Below are positions 27,559 to 37,142 of a stretch of DNA of 41,055 nt, piece by piece (positions within the stretch are counted from its first letter, which is position 1; every line of letters begins with the position of its first letter). The notes beneath the pieces are model-generated. The model saw only the letters and a program-made list of their open reading frames with translations, ran no database searches and was not told the DNA's origin. Source of the stretch: a virus (Duplodnaviria > Heunggongvirae > Uroviricota > Caudoviricetes); the IMG/VR virus record IMGVR_UViG_2529293142_000021, positions 1 through 41,055 of that record, one strand, 5' to 3'. Made by a program: the position numbers and the translations under genes.

Positions 27559-27900
27559 ATGCAGGGCATGAACCGTAGCGACGGAAAGTCGCTGGCGGGG
27601 ACCGATCATATCTGTCAATCAATAGTAGATATTTTAACAACGCCGTTCGGAACCCGCGTTATGCTGCCGGAATATGGCAGCAACATATTTGACCTAATAG
27701 ATAACCCGTCAGATCCGTCGCTAGCTATGCGCATTATTATGGCTACGGCTGGAGCGCTCGCAAAATGGGAACCGCGCATTCAGGTAGATAGCGTAAATGT
27801 GGCTGCAATTGATATTGGAAAAATAACAATATCAATTATTGCGACGGACGTCGAAACCCGAAATCGACTGGAATTTAAAAATATGGAGTTGATATATTGA
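27559..27900 (+). CDS. baseplate wedge protein, gpW/gp25-like
   Basis: 113 aa, size and position typical of P2 gpW. Confidence 0.75.
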   Translation: MQGMNRSDGKSLAGTDHICQSIVDILTTPFGTRVMLPEYGSNIFDLIDNPSDPSLAMRIIMATAGALAKWEPRIQVDSVNVAAIDIGKITISIIATDVETRNRLEFKNMELIY

Positions 27901-28817
27901 TAACATCAACTGTTCAAAACTCGATAGTAAAAACTATCGACATGAGTTTGCTACCCCCTCCCGATTTCGTTATAACCCCGCTATTTTCCGACGTGAAATC
28001 AGAATTATTAGCGGAATTACAGCAATTATATCCAGTATTTAACGCGCTGTTAGAGTCCGATCCGGCAGTAAAATTGCTGGAAATAGTCGCGTACTGGCGA
28101 ATAATAGTTACTGCGCGCGTCAATCAGGGTATGTTAGCCGTGTTGCTGGCGTTCGCTAAAAATAGCGATCTGGACCAGTTGGGCGCAAATTTCGATTGTG
28201 AGCGGCTGTTAATTACTCCGGCGAACCCCGACGCAATCCCGCCCGTTGAGGCTGTTTACGAGAGCGACGACGAATACCGGCACCGGATCCAGTTGTCGTG
28301 GTACGCGCGGAACACCGCAGGCAGCACTAACGCGTATAATTATTTCGCGCTATCCAGTGATCCGGACGTATTATCCGCGCAGGCGTATGGGCCGCCGGTT
28401 ACTCAGCCCGGTTACGTTGATGTTTACGTGTTATCGCGCACCGGCGACGGTGTGCCGCCGCAATCACTATTAAACACCGTCAATTCCGCACTATCACCGG
28501 ACGACGTACGCCCGCTAACTGATTTTGTGACCGTCAAACCAGCGGCAAACCTGAATTATCAAATCGAGGCTATTATTGTTGCCGGGCTGGGGCCGGATCA
28601 AAACGTGTTATTAAACGGCGCTCAGGCTGATTTAGAAACCTACGTTAAACAGCAACATAAAATAGGGGCGACGGCAGCATTATCCGGTATTTATGACTCG
28701 ATTCACCGCGACGGCACGGAACGAGTAATATTAACGTCACCCGCCGCCGACGTGATTGCAGGCGTGGGACAGGCTCCCTACTGCACTGGTATTAAACTCA
28801 GCGTGCAAATGGGGTGA
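27897..28817 (+). CDS. baseplate protein J-like
   Basis: 306-aa ORF following the W-like gene; e14 carries a homologous J-like remnant (jayE). Confidence 0.8.
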   Translation: MITSTVQNSIVKTIDMSLLPPPDFVITPLFSDVKSELLAELQQLYPVFNALLESDPAVKLLEIVAYWRIIVTARVNQGMLAVLLAFAKNSDLDQLGANFDCERLLITPANPDAIPPVEAVYESDDEYRHRIQLSWYARNTAGSTNAYNYFALSSDPDVLSAQAYGPPVTQPGYVDVYVLSRTGDGVPPQSLLNTVNSALSPDDVRPLTDFVTVKPAANLNYQIEAIIVAGLGPDQNVLLNGAQADLETYVKQQHKIGATAALSGIYDSIHRDGTERVILTSPAADVIAGVGQAPYCTGIKLSVQMG

Positions 28818-29446
28818 ATGTGACGAGTCAAAGCATATTACCCCCGAACGCAAACGCCGCAGAGCGGGCTTTAGAGGCGGTATTATCACACGCCGGAGAT
28901 TTACCCGCAGATATTCGCATTATCAAAAACCCTGATTTATGCCCGGTTGATTTATTACCCTGGCTGGCGTGGGAATACGCGGTCACGTACTGGAATCCGG
29001 ACTGGAGCGAACAACAAAAACGCGAAATTATTAAAGCCGCCGCCTGGCAAAACAAACACCGGGGTACGCGTGGTGCCGTAGAACGAGCGTTATTAACGGT
29101 AGGATTTGAGAGCAAAATGCGGGAGTGGTTTGAAGCCACCCCGAAAGATGATCCGTACACGTTCGCAATCAAAATATATTTGCTAAAAGGCATGGGGTTA
29201 GACCTTGACTTATTCAATACCTTTATTGCTCAAATATTCGATGCGAAAAACTGCCGCTCCCTACTTAAAGAAATTAATTTCGAAACGGGCGTTGATGGTG
29301 AGTTTTTTATAGCTGGTGCACCTTATGCAAAAATAGGCGTAAATATACCGGCAGACGGCGATGGCGGTGTAAAAATTAACGGCGGCCTATATATATCAGG
29401 CTCACCAATTGTTAGTTTAAATGTGGAGATAGGGCCAAATGGCTGA
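28814..29446 (+). CDS. tail protein I-like
   Basis: GTG start; conserved LLPWLAWEYAV motif typical of P2 gpI-family proteins. Confidence 0.7.
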   Translation: MNVTSQSILPPNANAAERALEAVLSHAGDLPADIRIIKNPDLCPVDLLPWLAWEYAVTYWNPDWSEQQKREIIKAAAWQNKHRGTRGAVERALLTVGFESKMREWFEATPKDDPYTFAIKIYLLKGMGLDLDLFNTFIAQIFDAKNCRSLLKEINFETGVDGEFFIAGAPYAKIGVNIPADGDGGVKINGGLYISGSPIVSLNVEIGPNG

Positions 29447-30562
29447 AAATAAAATTTACGCTGTGTTAACTGACCGTGGCGCGCAGTTAGAAGCCGCCGC
29501 GCTGGCGTCAGGCGTTCCAGTGGTGCTGAACAAATTTGTTATCGGCGACGCGAACGGAAACGATGACGTAACACCGGATCCGGCGCGTACTGCATTAGTT
29601 CACGAGACGTATCGCGGGGATATTAAATCCGCAGAAAATAGCGGTAACCAGGTTATTTTTACGCTATACGTACCACCGGAAACTGGCGGTTATACTATCC
29701 GTGAGGTGGGAATATTAACCGATAAAGGCGAACTGTACTCAGTTGCACGTTCACCGGATATTTTAAAACCTACGGACAGTAACGGCGCACTGATTTCAAT
29801 CACGTATAAATACACCCTCGCGGTGTCCAGCACATCTACAGTTAATGTTGTGGTATACGACAACTACGTAACTCCCGAGGTAGCTGACAAAAAATATTTG
29901 CAGATAAGCAAAAATTTATCTGAAATTGCCGCTAATGGTGGTTCTGCTCAGCAGGCTGCGCGGAAAAATATTGGTATAGATGGGGACGTTGCATATAGAG
30001 ATAAGGGTAATACATTTACAACTCAAAACACCTTTAAAGACGACGTTTTTTTTGAAGACATTTTGATTTCTAAAAAACAAATAAACATAAATAAACCAGA
30101 TACCAACTTAACATTATTTTCACTTGCGGGCTGGTCAGATGTGAACGGTGATTATTTAGAAGTGTCGACGCGGGGGAAAATAATCAAAACGTTTTTTATA
30201 GATTACGCGGGGTTCACTATGATGGTCTGGTGTTACTGTGCGGCGGGCAGACGTATAAATATTGGAATGAGGGAAATCTTAAACCGGTTAAAACGATTAA
30301 CGGGAAGTCGCCAGATGCTAACGGGAACGTCGCAATAACCGTAAGCAGCTCGGGGATACAGAACGTTCAACTTGGCGCAGAGGTTGCCCACACACCGGCG
30401 GGTAATGAGGTTACGTGGGACTTTAAATGTCCGACCGGCTGTGTTCTTACTGGGATATATGTTCAGGAAACCGGCGACAGCTCAGCTGATAATATCGGCG
30501 GTGTTTATTATAAACCGATCCAAAAATACATTAATAATGTATGGACTACGATTTCCGGATGA
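29439..30562 (+). CDS. tail fiber protein, apparent frameshift
   Basis: N-terminal conserved tail-fiber region (MAENKIYAVLTDRGAQLEAA...); receptor-binding C-terminus (KTINGKSPDANGNVAIT...) continues in another frame from about 30172-30180 (G5/A4 run); split into 29439-30338 and 30230-30562. Confidence 0.7.
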
Positions 30563-30565
30563 GTT

Positions 30566-31143
30566 ATGCAAAATTTAAAATCATTTAAGCTTGTAAAACC
30601 TAAAACGAAATTACTTAAACTTAGCGAGTCTGACGGACAAAATATTTTATATCTTCAGTCCGAAGACGGCATGGATTGGTATGAATGCCAGTCACTGTAT
30701 CGCGATGACACAGTAAAAATAATGTACGACAAAGAAAACATTATTCGATCAGTTGTTGATCGCCCGGTCCCGGAGCGAGGAAATACCTATTCTGTGAGCA
30801 TGTTTTTCCCGATTGATATGAGTGTTGCGGAGGTTGAGTTGAGCACCTATCCTGCTGAGCTAACTCTCGACGGATCGTGGAAATTTGTTGACGGTGATGT
30901 ATATCAAGATGAGCAAATTGTAAATGAGCGTATTTACAAAGAAAACTCCAAAAAATTAATGAATTAGTCCGAGAGGCTCAGTCAGCAATTCTAAATTTAC
31001 AAACAGCCATAGAGATTGATATGTCATCAGATGGTGATGAGGAAAAGCTAATAGAATGGCGACGCTACCTGTGCGAGCTGAATAAAATAACAGCCACGGA
31101 TCTAAGTCAGTCCCCACTTAACACTCCTTTACGACCAGCATAA
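30566..31143 (+). CDS. tail fiber assembly chaperone, apparent frameshift
   Basis: ORF 30566-30967 ends just after an A6 run (30950-30955); the conserved Tfa-like C-terminus (...KLIEWRRYLCELNKI...) continues in another frame to the stop at 31141-31143. Confidence 0.6.
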
Positions 31144-31155
31144 ATAGGGTACCTA

Positions 31156-32667
31156 ATGAGCACTAATTTTTTACACGGTATTCGCACACTCGAATACGAC
31201 GACGGCACAAAAGAGATCAACACGGTCGATATTTCAGTTATCGGGATTGTTGGTACTGCACCGGATTCTGCCGGGGCAGCAGACGCGGAATTAATAACCG
31301 GGAGCGAGATTCTAAAAAACCGAGTTAAATTTACTGCAACAAATCAGGGTGCGCGCGGTAATTCATGGAGCGTGGAAATTATCGCGAGCGAGACAGAGGG
31401 TGGAAATTCACTGTGGCGGGATATGCCCGACGGCAGTCGGAGATTAACTATATATGTTTCTGCACCCTCTGGACTACACAGCTACACACCGGACGAAATT
31501 GTTCAGAACGTCACGATCCCAAACCCTCCCTCTGATCAGATATTTTTAACTGTCACCGCGGTGGACACAGGGTCGACCGCAGGAGCTGTGACTGCCTCAC
31601 CGTTGCAATATTTAAGCGGCGGCAGTGATGAGGCATACCCAATTAATACCCCCGCACTGATTGCTGGAAGTCCAAAAAAAGCCGCTTTATTAGGTGAACG
31701 CGGCACGTTGCCGAAAGATATTGCCGATATTTTCAATCAGGACAACGCCTTGCTTGTTGTTGTGCGAGTAAAAGATGACAAAGACGCAACAAAACAACAG
31801 CAAAATATTATCGACGGTGTCAAACAACTGGAAAAATCGAAACAGTTAACAGGAGTCACGCCGCGTATTATTATTGCACCAGATTTTAGCGCGATTGATA
31901 CAGTTGCTGCCCAGGTTGAGGCGACGGCAACTAAATTGCGTGGCGTGGGCTATATCGACTCACCGACAGCCGCAACGGCGGAGGATGTAGTGAGACGCCG
32001 CCAGAGCTATGGCGCTCGCGTTGAAATCCTGCGACCGCGCATTTTCACTACCAGCGATATAACCGGCGCATCGCGCGCATATTCGGCGACGGCAGCTGGG
32101 TTACGTGCGCGTATTGATAACGACGGTAAACACGGTTTCTGGTGGAGTAAATCAAATCAAAACATTTACGGCGTAACTGGCGTCGAACAGATTGATGATT
32201 TTATTATCGGCGAAACCAATTGCACGGCTAATCTGTTAAACGCCGAACAGGTCAGCACAATTATTCGTTACGACGGGTTCAGACACTGGGGTAACTATCT
32301 GTGCAGCCTGGATCCGCAGTGGTCGTTTGAATGCGTTCGTCGAACAGCTGACGTAATTGAGGATTCGATCGCCATCGCAATGATGAATGATTTCATCGAC
32401 CGTCCGATCGATGTTCATCTCGGCGGGGACATCATCGAAACAATTAATGCGTATATTCGCAAACTATACGAAATGGGCGCTATTAACGGTGGTCGAGCGT
32501 GGCTTGATAGTGAGCTGAATACGAAAGAAAGTTTCGCCGCCGGGAAAATTTATATTAACGTTGAATTTGCACCCAAATCACCCGCACAAACCATCACGAT
32601 TACGTACCGTATTAATAACGATTACACCGTCGATGAATTTTCTTCATTGCTGAAACAGGCCGCATAA
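31156..32667 (+). CDS. contractile tail sheath protein
   Basis: 503-aa ORF immediately upstream of the tube gene, P2 FI-like. Confidence 0.8.
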   Translation: MSTNFLHGIRTLEYDDGTKEINTVDISVIGIVGTAPDSAGAADAELITGSEILKNRVKFTATNQGARGNSWSVEIIASETEGGNSLWRDMPDGSRRLTIYVSAPSGLHSYTPDEIVQNVTIPNPPSDQIFLTVTAVDTGSTAGAVTASPLQYLSGGSDEAYPINTPALIAGSPKKAALLGERGTLPKDIADIFNQDNALLVVVRVKDDKDATKQQQNIIDGVKQLEKSKQLTGVTPRIIIAPDFSAIDTVAAQVEATATKLRGVGYIDSPTAATAEDVVRRRQSYGARVEILRPRIFTTSDITGASRAYSATAAGLRARIDNDGKHGFWWSKSNQNIYGVTGVEQIDDFIIGETNCTANLLNAEQVSTIIRYDGFRHWGNYLCSLDPQWSFECVRRTADVIEDSIAIAMMNDFIDRPIDVHLGGDIIETINAYIRKLYEMGAINGGRAWLDSELNTKESFAAGKIYINVEFAPKSPAQTITITYRINNDYTVDEFSSLLKQAA

Positions 32668-32681
32668 CATAGGGGTTAAAT

Positions 32682-33194
32682 ATGTCCAGAGGTAGCGTTT
32701 ATCGCGCGTTTACACTGTGGGTACAGGGTGAGCGTATTTGCAATTGCACCGAATATACCCCGGTTGATATGAAATTAATTGAGGATGATTTTAAAACCGG
32801 TGCGATGGATCAGGGCATTACACTCGACGGCGGCATGGAAAAAATGGCCGCTAGTTTTAAAGTCACCGGGTCAGATACTGATGTTATGGCTTATTTTGGG
32901 ATTATCCCCGGTGCAAAAACTCGTTTCGAAATTCGCGCCGCATATACTGATAACTACGGCATTAGTTTTGAACGCATTGATATATACGAAGGGTTGATTA
33001 CTGCAATTACCGATGACGCGATGGGGACTGACTCAAAAGCCGCAGTCGGTAGCACTGTTAATATCGCCCCGAGTTATTATAAGCGCACTCAAAATAGTAA
33101 ATTAATTTATGAATTGCATCCAGCAAAACTGAAACGCGTTATTAATGGCGTTGATGTTCTTGCGGGTGTTGCAAGTATTCTCCACGTATATTAA
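32682..33194 (+). CDS. tail tube protein
   Basis: 170-aa ORF following the sheath gene. Confidence 0.75.
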   Translation: MSRGSVYRAFTLWVQGERICNCTEYTPVDMKLIEDDFKTGAMDQGITLDGGMEKMAASFKVTGSDTDVMAYFGIIPGAKTRFEIRAAYTDNYGISFERIDIYEGLITAITDDAMGTDSKAAVGSTVNIAPSYYKRTQNSKLIYELHPAKLKRVINGVDVLAGVASILHVY

Positions 33195-33207
33195 TCAGGA
33201 AATAAAA

Positions 33208-33492
33208 ATGGAATCATTATTAGACAGCATGACGGTAACATTATCGCGTCCGTTCGAAATTAACGGCGTAACCGTTGAAACAATCACAGTGCGCGAGCCT
33301 AAGCTCCGCGATCGCATCTTGTTTAGCAAAGATAAGGGCGATGCAGAGGAAAAAACTGCGCGTATGCTGGCACGGCTGGCTAATCTTAACATTGAGGATA
33401 TTTACTCCCTTCCTTCCTGTGATTATATGAAAATGGAGGAAGCATTTAACGAACTGGTAAAGATCCCGACCGACCGGAAGCAGATATTATAA
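33208..33492 (+). CDS. tail assembly chaperone, gpE-like
   Basis: Start at MESLLDS with AGGA RBS; small gene between tube and tape-measure genes. Confidence 0.5.
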   Translation: MESLLDSMTVTLSRPFEINGVTVETITVREPKLRDRILFSKDKGDAEEKTARMLARLANLNIEDIYSLPSCDYMKMEEAFNELVKIPTDRKQIL

Positions 33493-33597
33493 TCCTGCTC
33501 CCGTATATAGCTAAAAAGCTGGCTATTCCTCCCGATACGCAACTAAATATGCCGTATCGGGTTTTTAATTTCTACGTAACAGAGCTAATGAAAAAAG

Positions 33598-35225
33598 ATG
33601 GCTGCTACACAGGAATTTAAAACAAAAGTTGTATTTGGGGGCCGCATAGACCCCTCTTTTAAGCGCAGCGCCGACGAACTGGACGGCGCTATAAAGCAGA
33701 CGGGTAACACCGTTTCAACGTTAACACGTAAACAGGAGAAATTAAAAGACCAGATCAAAAAAACCGAGCTTGCGGGCAAAAGTACTAAAAGTCTGGTTCA
33801 CGAATATCAAAAAGTCGGGCGTGAAATTAATATCGTTACGAAAGATCTTGAGCAATTAAATAAACAGTTAGCAAAAAAACAGCGAATTGAAAACATTGGC
33901 AGCAAAATAAAGGGCGCTGCGAAATGGGGCGGTAGAGCTGCGCTCGGCACCGCAAAAGCCGTCGGCAGCGGCGTTAAATGGGGCGCGCTTGGCGGGATTG
34001 GGCTAATTGGTGCCGCCGGAGCTGGTGCCGCCGCAATGAATGCTGAAACCGCCGAAAAATTAGGGCTGGCCCGGTCCTACGGTGTAGGAATCGAAAAATA
34101 TGCGGCGTGGGATAACGTCGGTAAAATGGCTGGCCTCAACGGTGAAAACGTTGGTGATTTATCCGAGGAATTAACAAATAAATTGGGTGAGGTCGGCAAC
34201 GAAAAAAACCTTAACCCGATGCTGTTCCAGATCGGTCTTACCAAAAAAAGGATGCAGAGCTGGGATCGGGAAAAACAATTTAACGAGGTAATGAGTCGTC
34301 TTTCGAAAATGAAAGACGAAAAACAGGCCGCAAGTCTCGCCGACCAATTAATGGGCGGTGAGGCAAATAAAATAATGACGTATATGAGGATTACTGGCAA
34401 AACATGGGAGCAGACCATGGAAGACGCCAAAAAATCCAATTTATTAACGCAGGAGGGCGCGGAGGGAGCCGCCCGCGCGCATTTCTCATTAACTAATTTA
34501 TGGGGTTCTATTTCCTCGGGATTTGCCGACACGCTCGGGAAAATTGGTGGGAAACTGGCCCCGACATTTGACTCGATGCGCGAGGGATTTACATCATGGT
34601 TTAAAGACAATCAAGGGACTATTGTTAATACTGTAAAAGAGTGGGTGAAACCGGAGAACATGAAAAAGCTGTGGGATGGCATAGTTAATTTCGGCGAGGG
34701 CTGCGTAAAATTCGGTAAAATAATATGGGTGGTGGTAAAAAAATTAGAGTGGTTAATTCCGGACGAAAAGACCGAAGAAGAAGAAAAAGTATATAAAGAA
34801 GAATACGCAAAAGCGTATCAAGAATTCATGGACTCGGGCGGAAAATATTCACCGAACGCTGGCCTGGCTGCTGATAATGTTGCACAAGCTAAAGCAAAAG
34901 AAGCCGTCGATAATATGCGTCATCCGGAGCGTAAAAAAATGCCGAGGCGATCATGTCGCTGGCTAATCCATTTGTTGAGGCACAAAAAGCGGCGGCGGCC
35001 CCTGATTCACTGCAAAATGCAACTATAAATATGGATGCGCTAAAACAAGCCGTGGCGCAACCAGCGCCGCAACAAAATAATAAAATTGAGGTTAATATTA
35101 TGGCGGCTGGTGACCCTCAATCTATCCAGGCGGCGGCGGCGTCAGGGGTATTAGACGGAATAAGACAGGCCGCGCCATCTGGCGGTCGCGGATCAATGAT
35201 GGACAGACCAGTGGCGGCGGGGTAA
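33598..35225 (+). CDS. tail tape measure protein, apparent frameshift
   Basis: Coiled-coil N-terminus and Gly/Ala-rich segments typical of tape measure proteins; reading frame changes at an A7 run (34933-34939); split into 33598-35028 and 34953-35225. Confidence 0.7.
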
Positions 35226-35229
35226 ATAA

Positions 35230-35640
35230 ATGAACGACGCACAGGATATAATGCTCGGCCTGGGTGATTTTATTTTTGCTATATCAACAGTCGCCTACAA
35301 TAAATTACAGCGTAGTGATTCATGGCGCTGGGCTGAACAAACCAGATTCAGGAAAAATGACGCGTTGCAAATGACGGGCCGCCCGAACCCAACAATCACT
35401 ATAGACGGTAAAATAAATGCCTTATTTTTAGACGGTTGCGGGATTGGGTTATTATCAGATTTGCGCGCCCTGGGTAATGAGGGCAACCCCCAGCAGCTGG
35501 TGCTGGGGACTGGTAAAGTCATGGGCTATTGGGTTATTAAAGACCTGAATGAAACGCAAAATAGTTTCTTTATGGGCGGCACCCCAAAAACGCAGGATTT
35601 TACGTTAACCCTGCAATATTATGGCGCTTCATTAGACTGA
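35230..35640 (+). CDS. tail protein U-like
   Basis: 136-aa ORF after the tape measure gene, as P2 U. Confidence 0.7.
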   Translation: MNDAQDIMLGLGDFIFAISTVAYNKLQRSDSWRWAEQTRFRKNDALQMTGRPNPTITIDGKINALFLDGCGIGLLSDLRALGNEGNPQQLVLGTGKVMGYWVIKDLNETQNSFFMGGTPKTQDFTLTLQYYGASLD

Positions 35641-35861
35641 ATATCTTTTGGCTTTTTATCGCCGAAAGCGGCCCATAATATTAATATAATCCACATCAGG
35701 AATATCCAGCCAAAAAGAACATTTAATATTACTACCATGGTGCAGCTTTTATGCCCTCTCATTAACGCAATGATTAGCGGAATAACATATAAAATAATGG
35801 ACGCCAATGGGTTAGCCATGAGCCAGATATACAGGGCTACAATCCATGTGAAAATTTCCAT
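35619..35861 (-). CDS. small inner-membrane protein, Imm-like
   Basis: 80 aa from MEIFTWIVALYIWLMANPLASIILYVIPLIIALMRGHKSCTMVVILNVLFGWIFLMWIILILWAAFGDKK; two predicted TM helices; AT-rich; antisense to all surrounding tail genes. The resemblance to T4 Imm-type proteins is from memory. Confidence 0.5.
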   Translation of the reverse strand: MEIFTWIVALYIWLMANPLASIILYVIPLIIALMRGHKSCTMVVILNVLFGWIFLMWIILILWAAFGDKKPKDIQSNEAP

Positions 35862-35879
35862 ACTTGGAACCTCATTATT

Positions 35880-36095
35880 ATGACAATCACATATACGACG
35901 CGAGACGGAGATCGGCTCGATCAAATATGCCTCGCGGTTTACGGGCGAACCCGCGTTACTACAGAGACTGTTTTATATCAGGTTTCAAACTACGGCGTAA
36001 CAGATATGTGCGCTGTGTTCCCTGCCGGGCAGATCATCACATTGCCGGAAATAGAGCCTGAACCGATTAAAAAAGAAACTCAATTATGGGACTGA
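35880..36095 (+). CDS. tail protein X-like
   Basis: 71-aa ORF directly upstream of the gpD-like gene. Confidence 0.55.
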   Translation: MTITYTTRDGDRLDQICLAVYGRTRVTTETVLYQVSNYGVTDMCAVFPAGQIITLPEIEPEPIKKETQLWD

Positions 36096-36098
36096 TGA

Positions 36099-37142
36099 AT
36101 GGGTGATTACACTAACACTGGCGTTGAGGCGTGGAAGCCTAATTTTTACATAGCTGCGGATGATGTAAATATTACAGAAAAAATCAGAAAAGGGCTTATT
36201 AATATCACCCTTACCGACTACGGCGGATCGAGTAAACAAACCGACGAAATACGCGTCGCTATCGTATCAGAAACGCTGAAAATCCCCGCGCGCGGCGTAA
36301 AAATAACGCTGGGGCTGGGGTTCGGTAATCAGATTATTGATAAAGGCGTTTACGTCGTTGATGGTGCCAGCAGTGGTGGCGAACCGCGCGTTGTTGATTT
36401 CACCGCAAAAGCCGCCCCCATGAACGCTGCAAAAGGCGCGAAAACGGTACAGAGCAAAAAAACGCGGTCCTGGATTGATCAAACCGTGGGCGATATTGTC
36501 GCAAAAATTGCGAGCGACAACGGTCTGAATCCACGCGTTTCAACCCGGTTTGCAGATACAAAAATCGAGCATATCGACCAGATCGGCGAGTCTGATATGC
36601 ATTTTATGTCACGCCTGGCAACCCGGTTTGATGCGGTCAGTAAGCCCGCTGGCGGATACTGGATATTTTTACCGCGCGGTAAAGGTGAATCAGTCAGCGG
36701 CGCACCGCTGCAACACTATACGTTAAAACGCGCTGGTAACTCGAGCTGGGGTTACTCAAGAAACGGGCAGAGCGGTGACAGCGGCGGCGGCGGTGAAAAC
36801 CCCGAACCCACATATCTGATTAAATATCACGACACGGCGACCGGGCAGATCAAAGAACTGCGGACCGGCAGCGGCGGCGATCCGGTTATCGAGTGGCCCG
36901 CGGTCGAGCCGTCGCTCGACGCAGCAAAAGAAGCGGCACCAGGGCTGAAAGGCGGTGCCGCTAAAAAAGAATTTTCAATGACATACTCATGCCCGGCAAC
37001 GCTGGATTTAATCGCGCTGACGGCGGAATGCAAGGTAACGACAGAGGGTTTTGGCAGCGAGGAAGATCGGGAGTGGACGATTAACACGCTATCCCTGACG
37101 CTGGCTGAGAACGGTTTTTCTGTTCGTATATCTATGGAGTGA
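36099..37142 (+). CDS. tail protein D-like
   Basis: 347-aa ORF with Gly-rich loop, at the end of the tail operon. Confidence 0.75.
   Translation: MGDYTNTGVEAWKPNFYIAADDVNITEKIRKGLINITLTDYGGSSKQTDEIRVAIVSETLKIPARGVKITLGLGFGNQIIDKGVYVVDGASSGGEPRVVDFTAKAAPMNAAKGAKTVQSKKTRSWIDQTVGDIVAKIASDNGLNPRVSTRFADTKIEHIDQIGESDMHFMSRLATRFDAVSKPAGGYWIFLPRGKGESVSGAPLQHYTLKRAGNSSWGYSRNGQSGDSGGGGENPEPTYLIKYHDTATGQIKELRTGSGGDPVIEWPAVEPSLDAAKEAAPGLKGGAAKKEFSMTYSCPATLDLIALTAECKVTTEGFGSEEDREWTINTLSLTLAENGFSVRISME

Noticed and set aside
30968-31155. DNA invertase (Pin/Gin-type) or invertible tail-fiber segment, as present in e14
   Set aside because: No recombinase ORF and no inverted duplicate of the fiber C-terminus or Tfa genes were found; the apparent extra coding capacity is the frameshifted 3' part of the Tfa gene.
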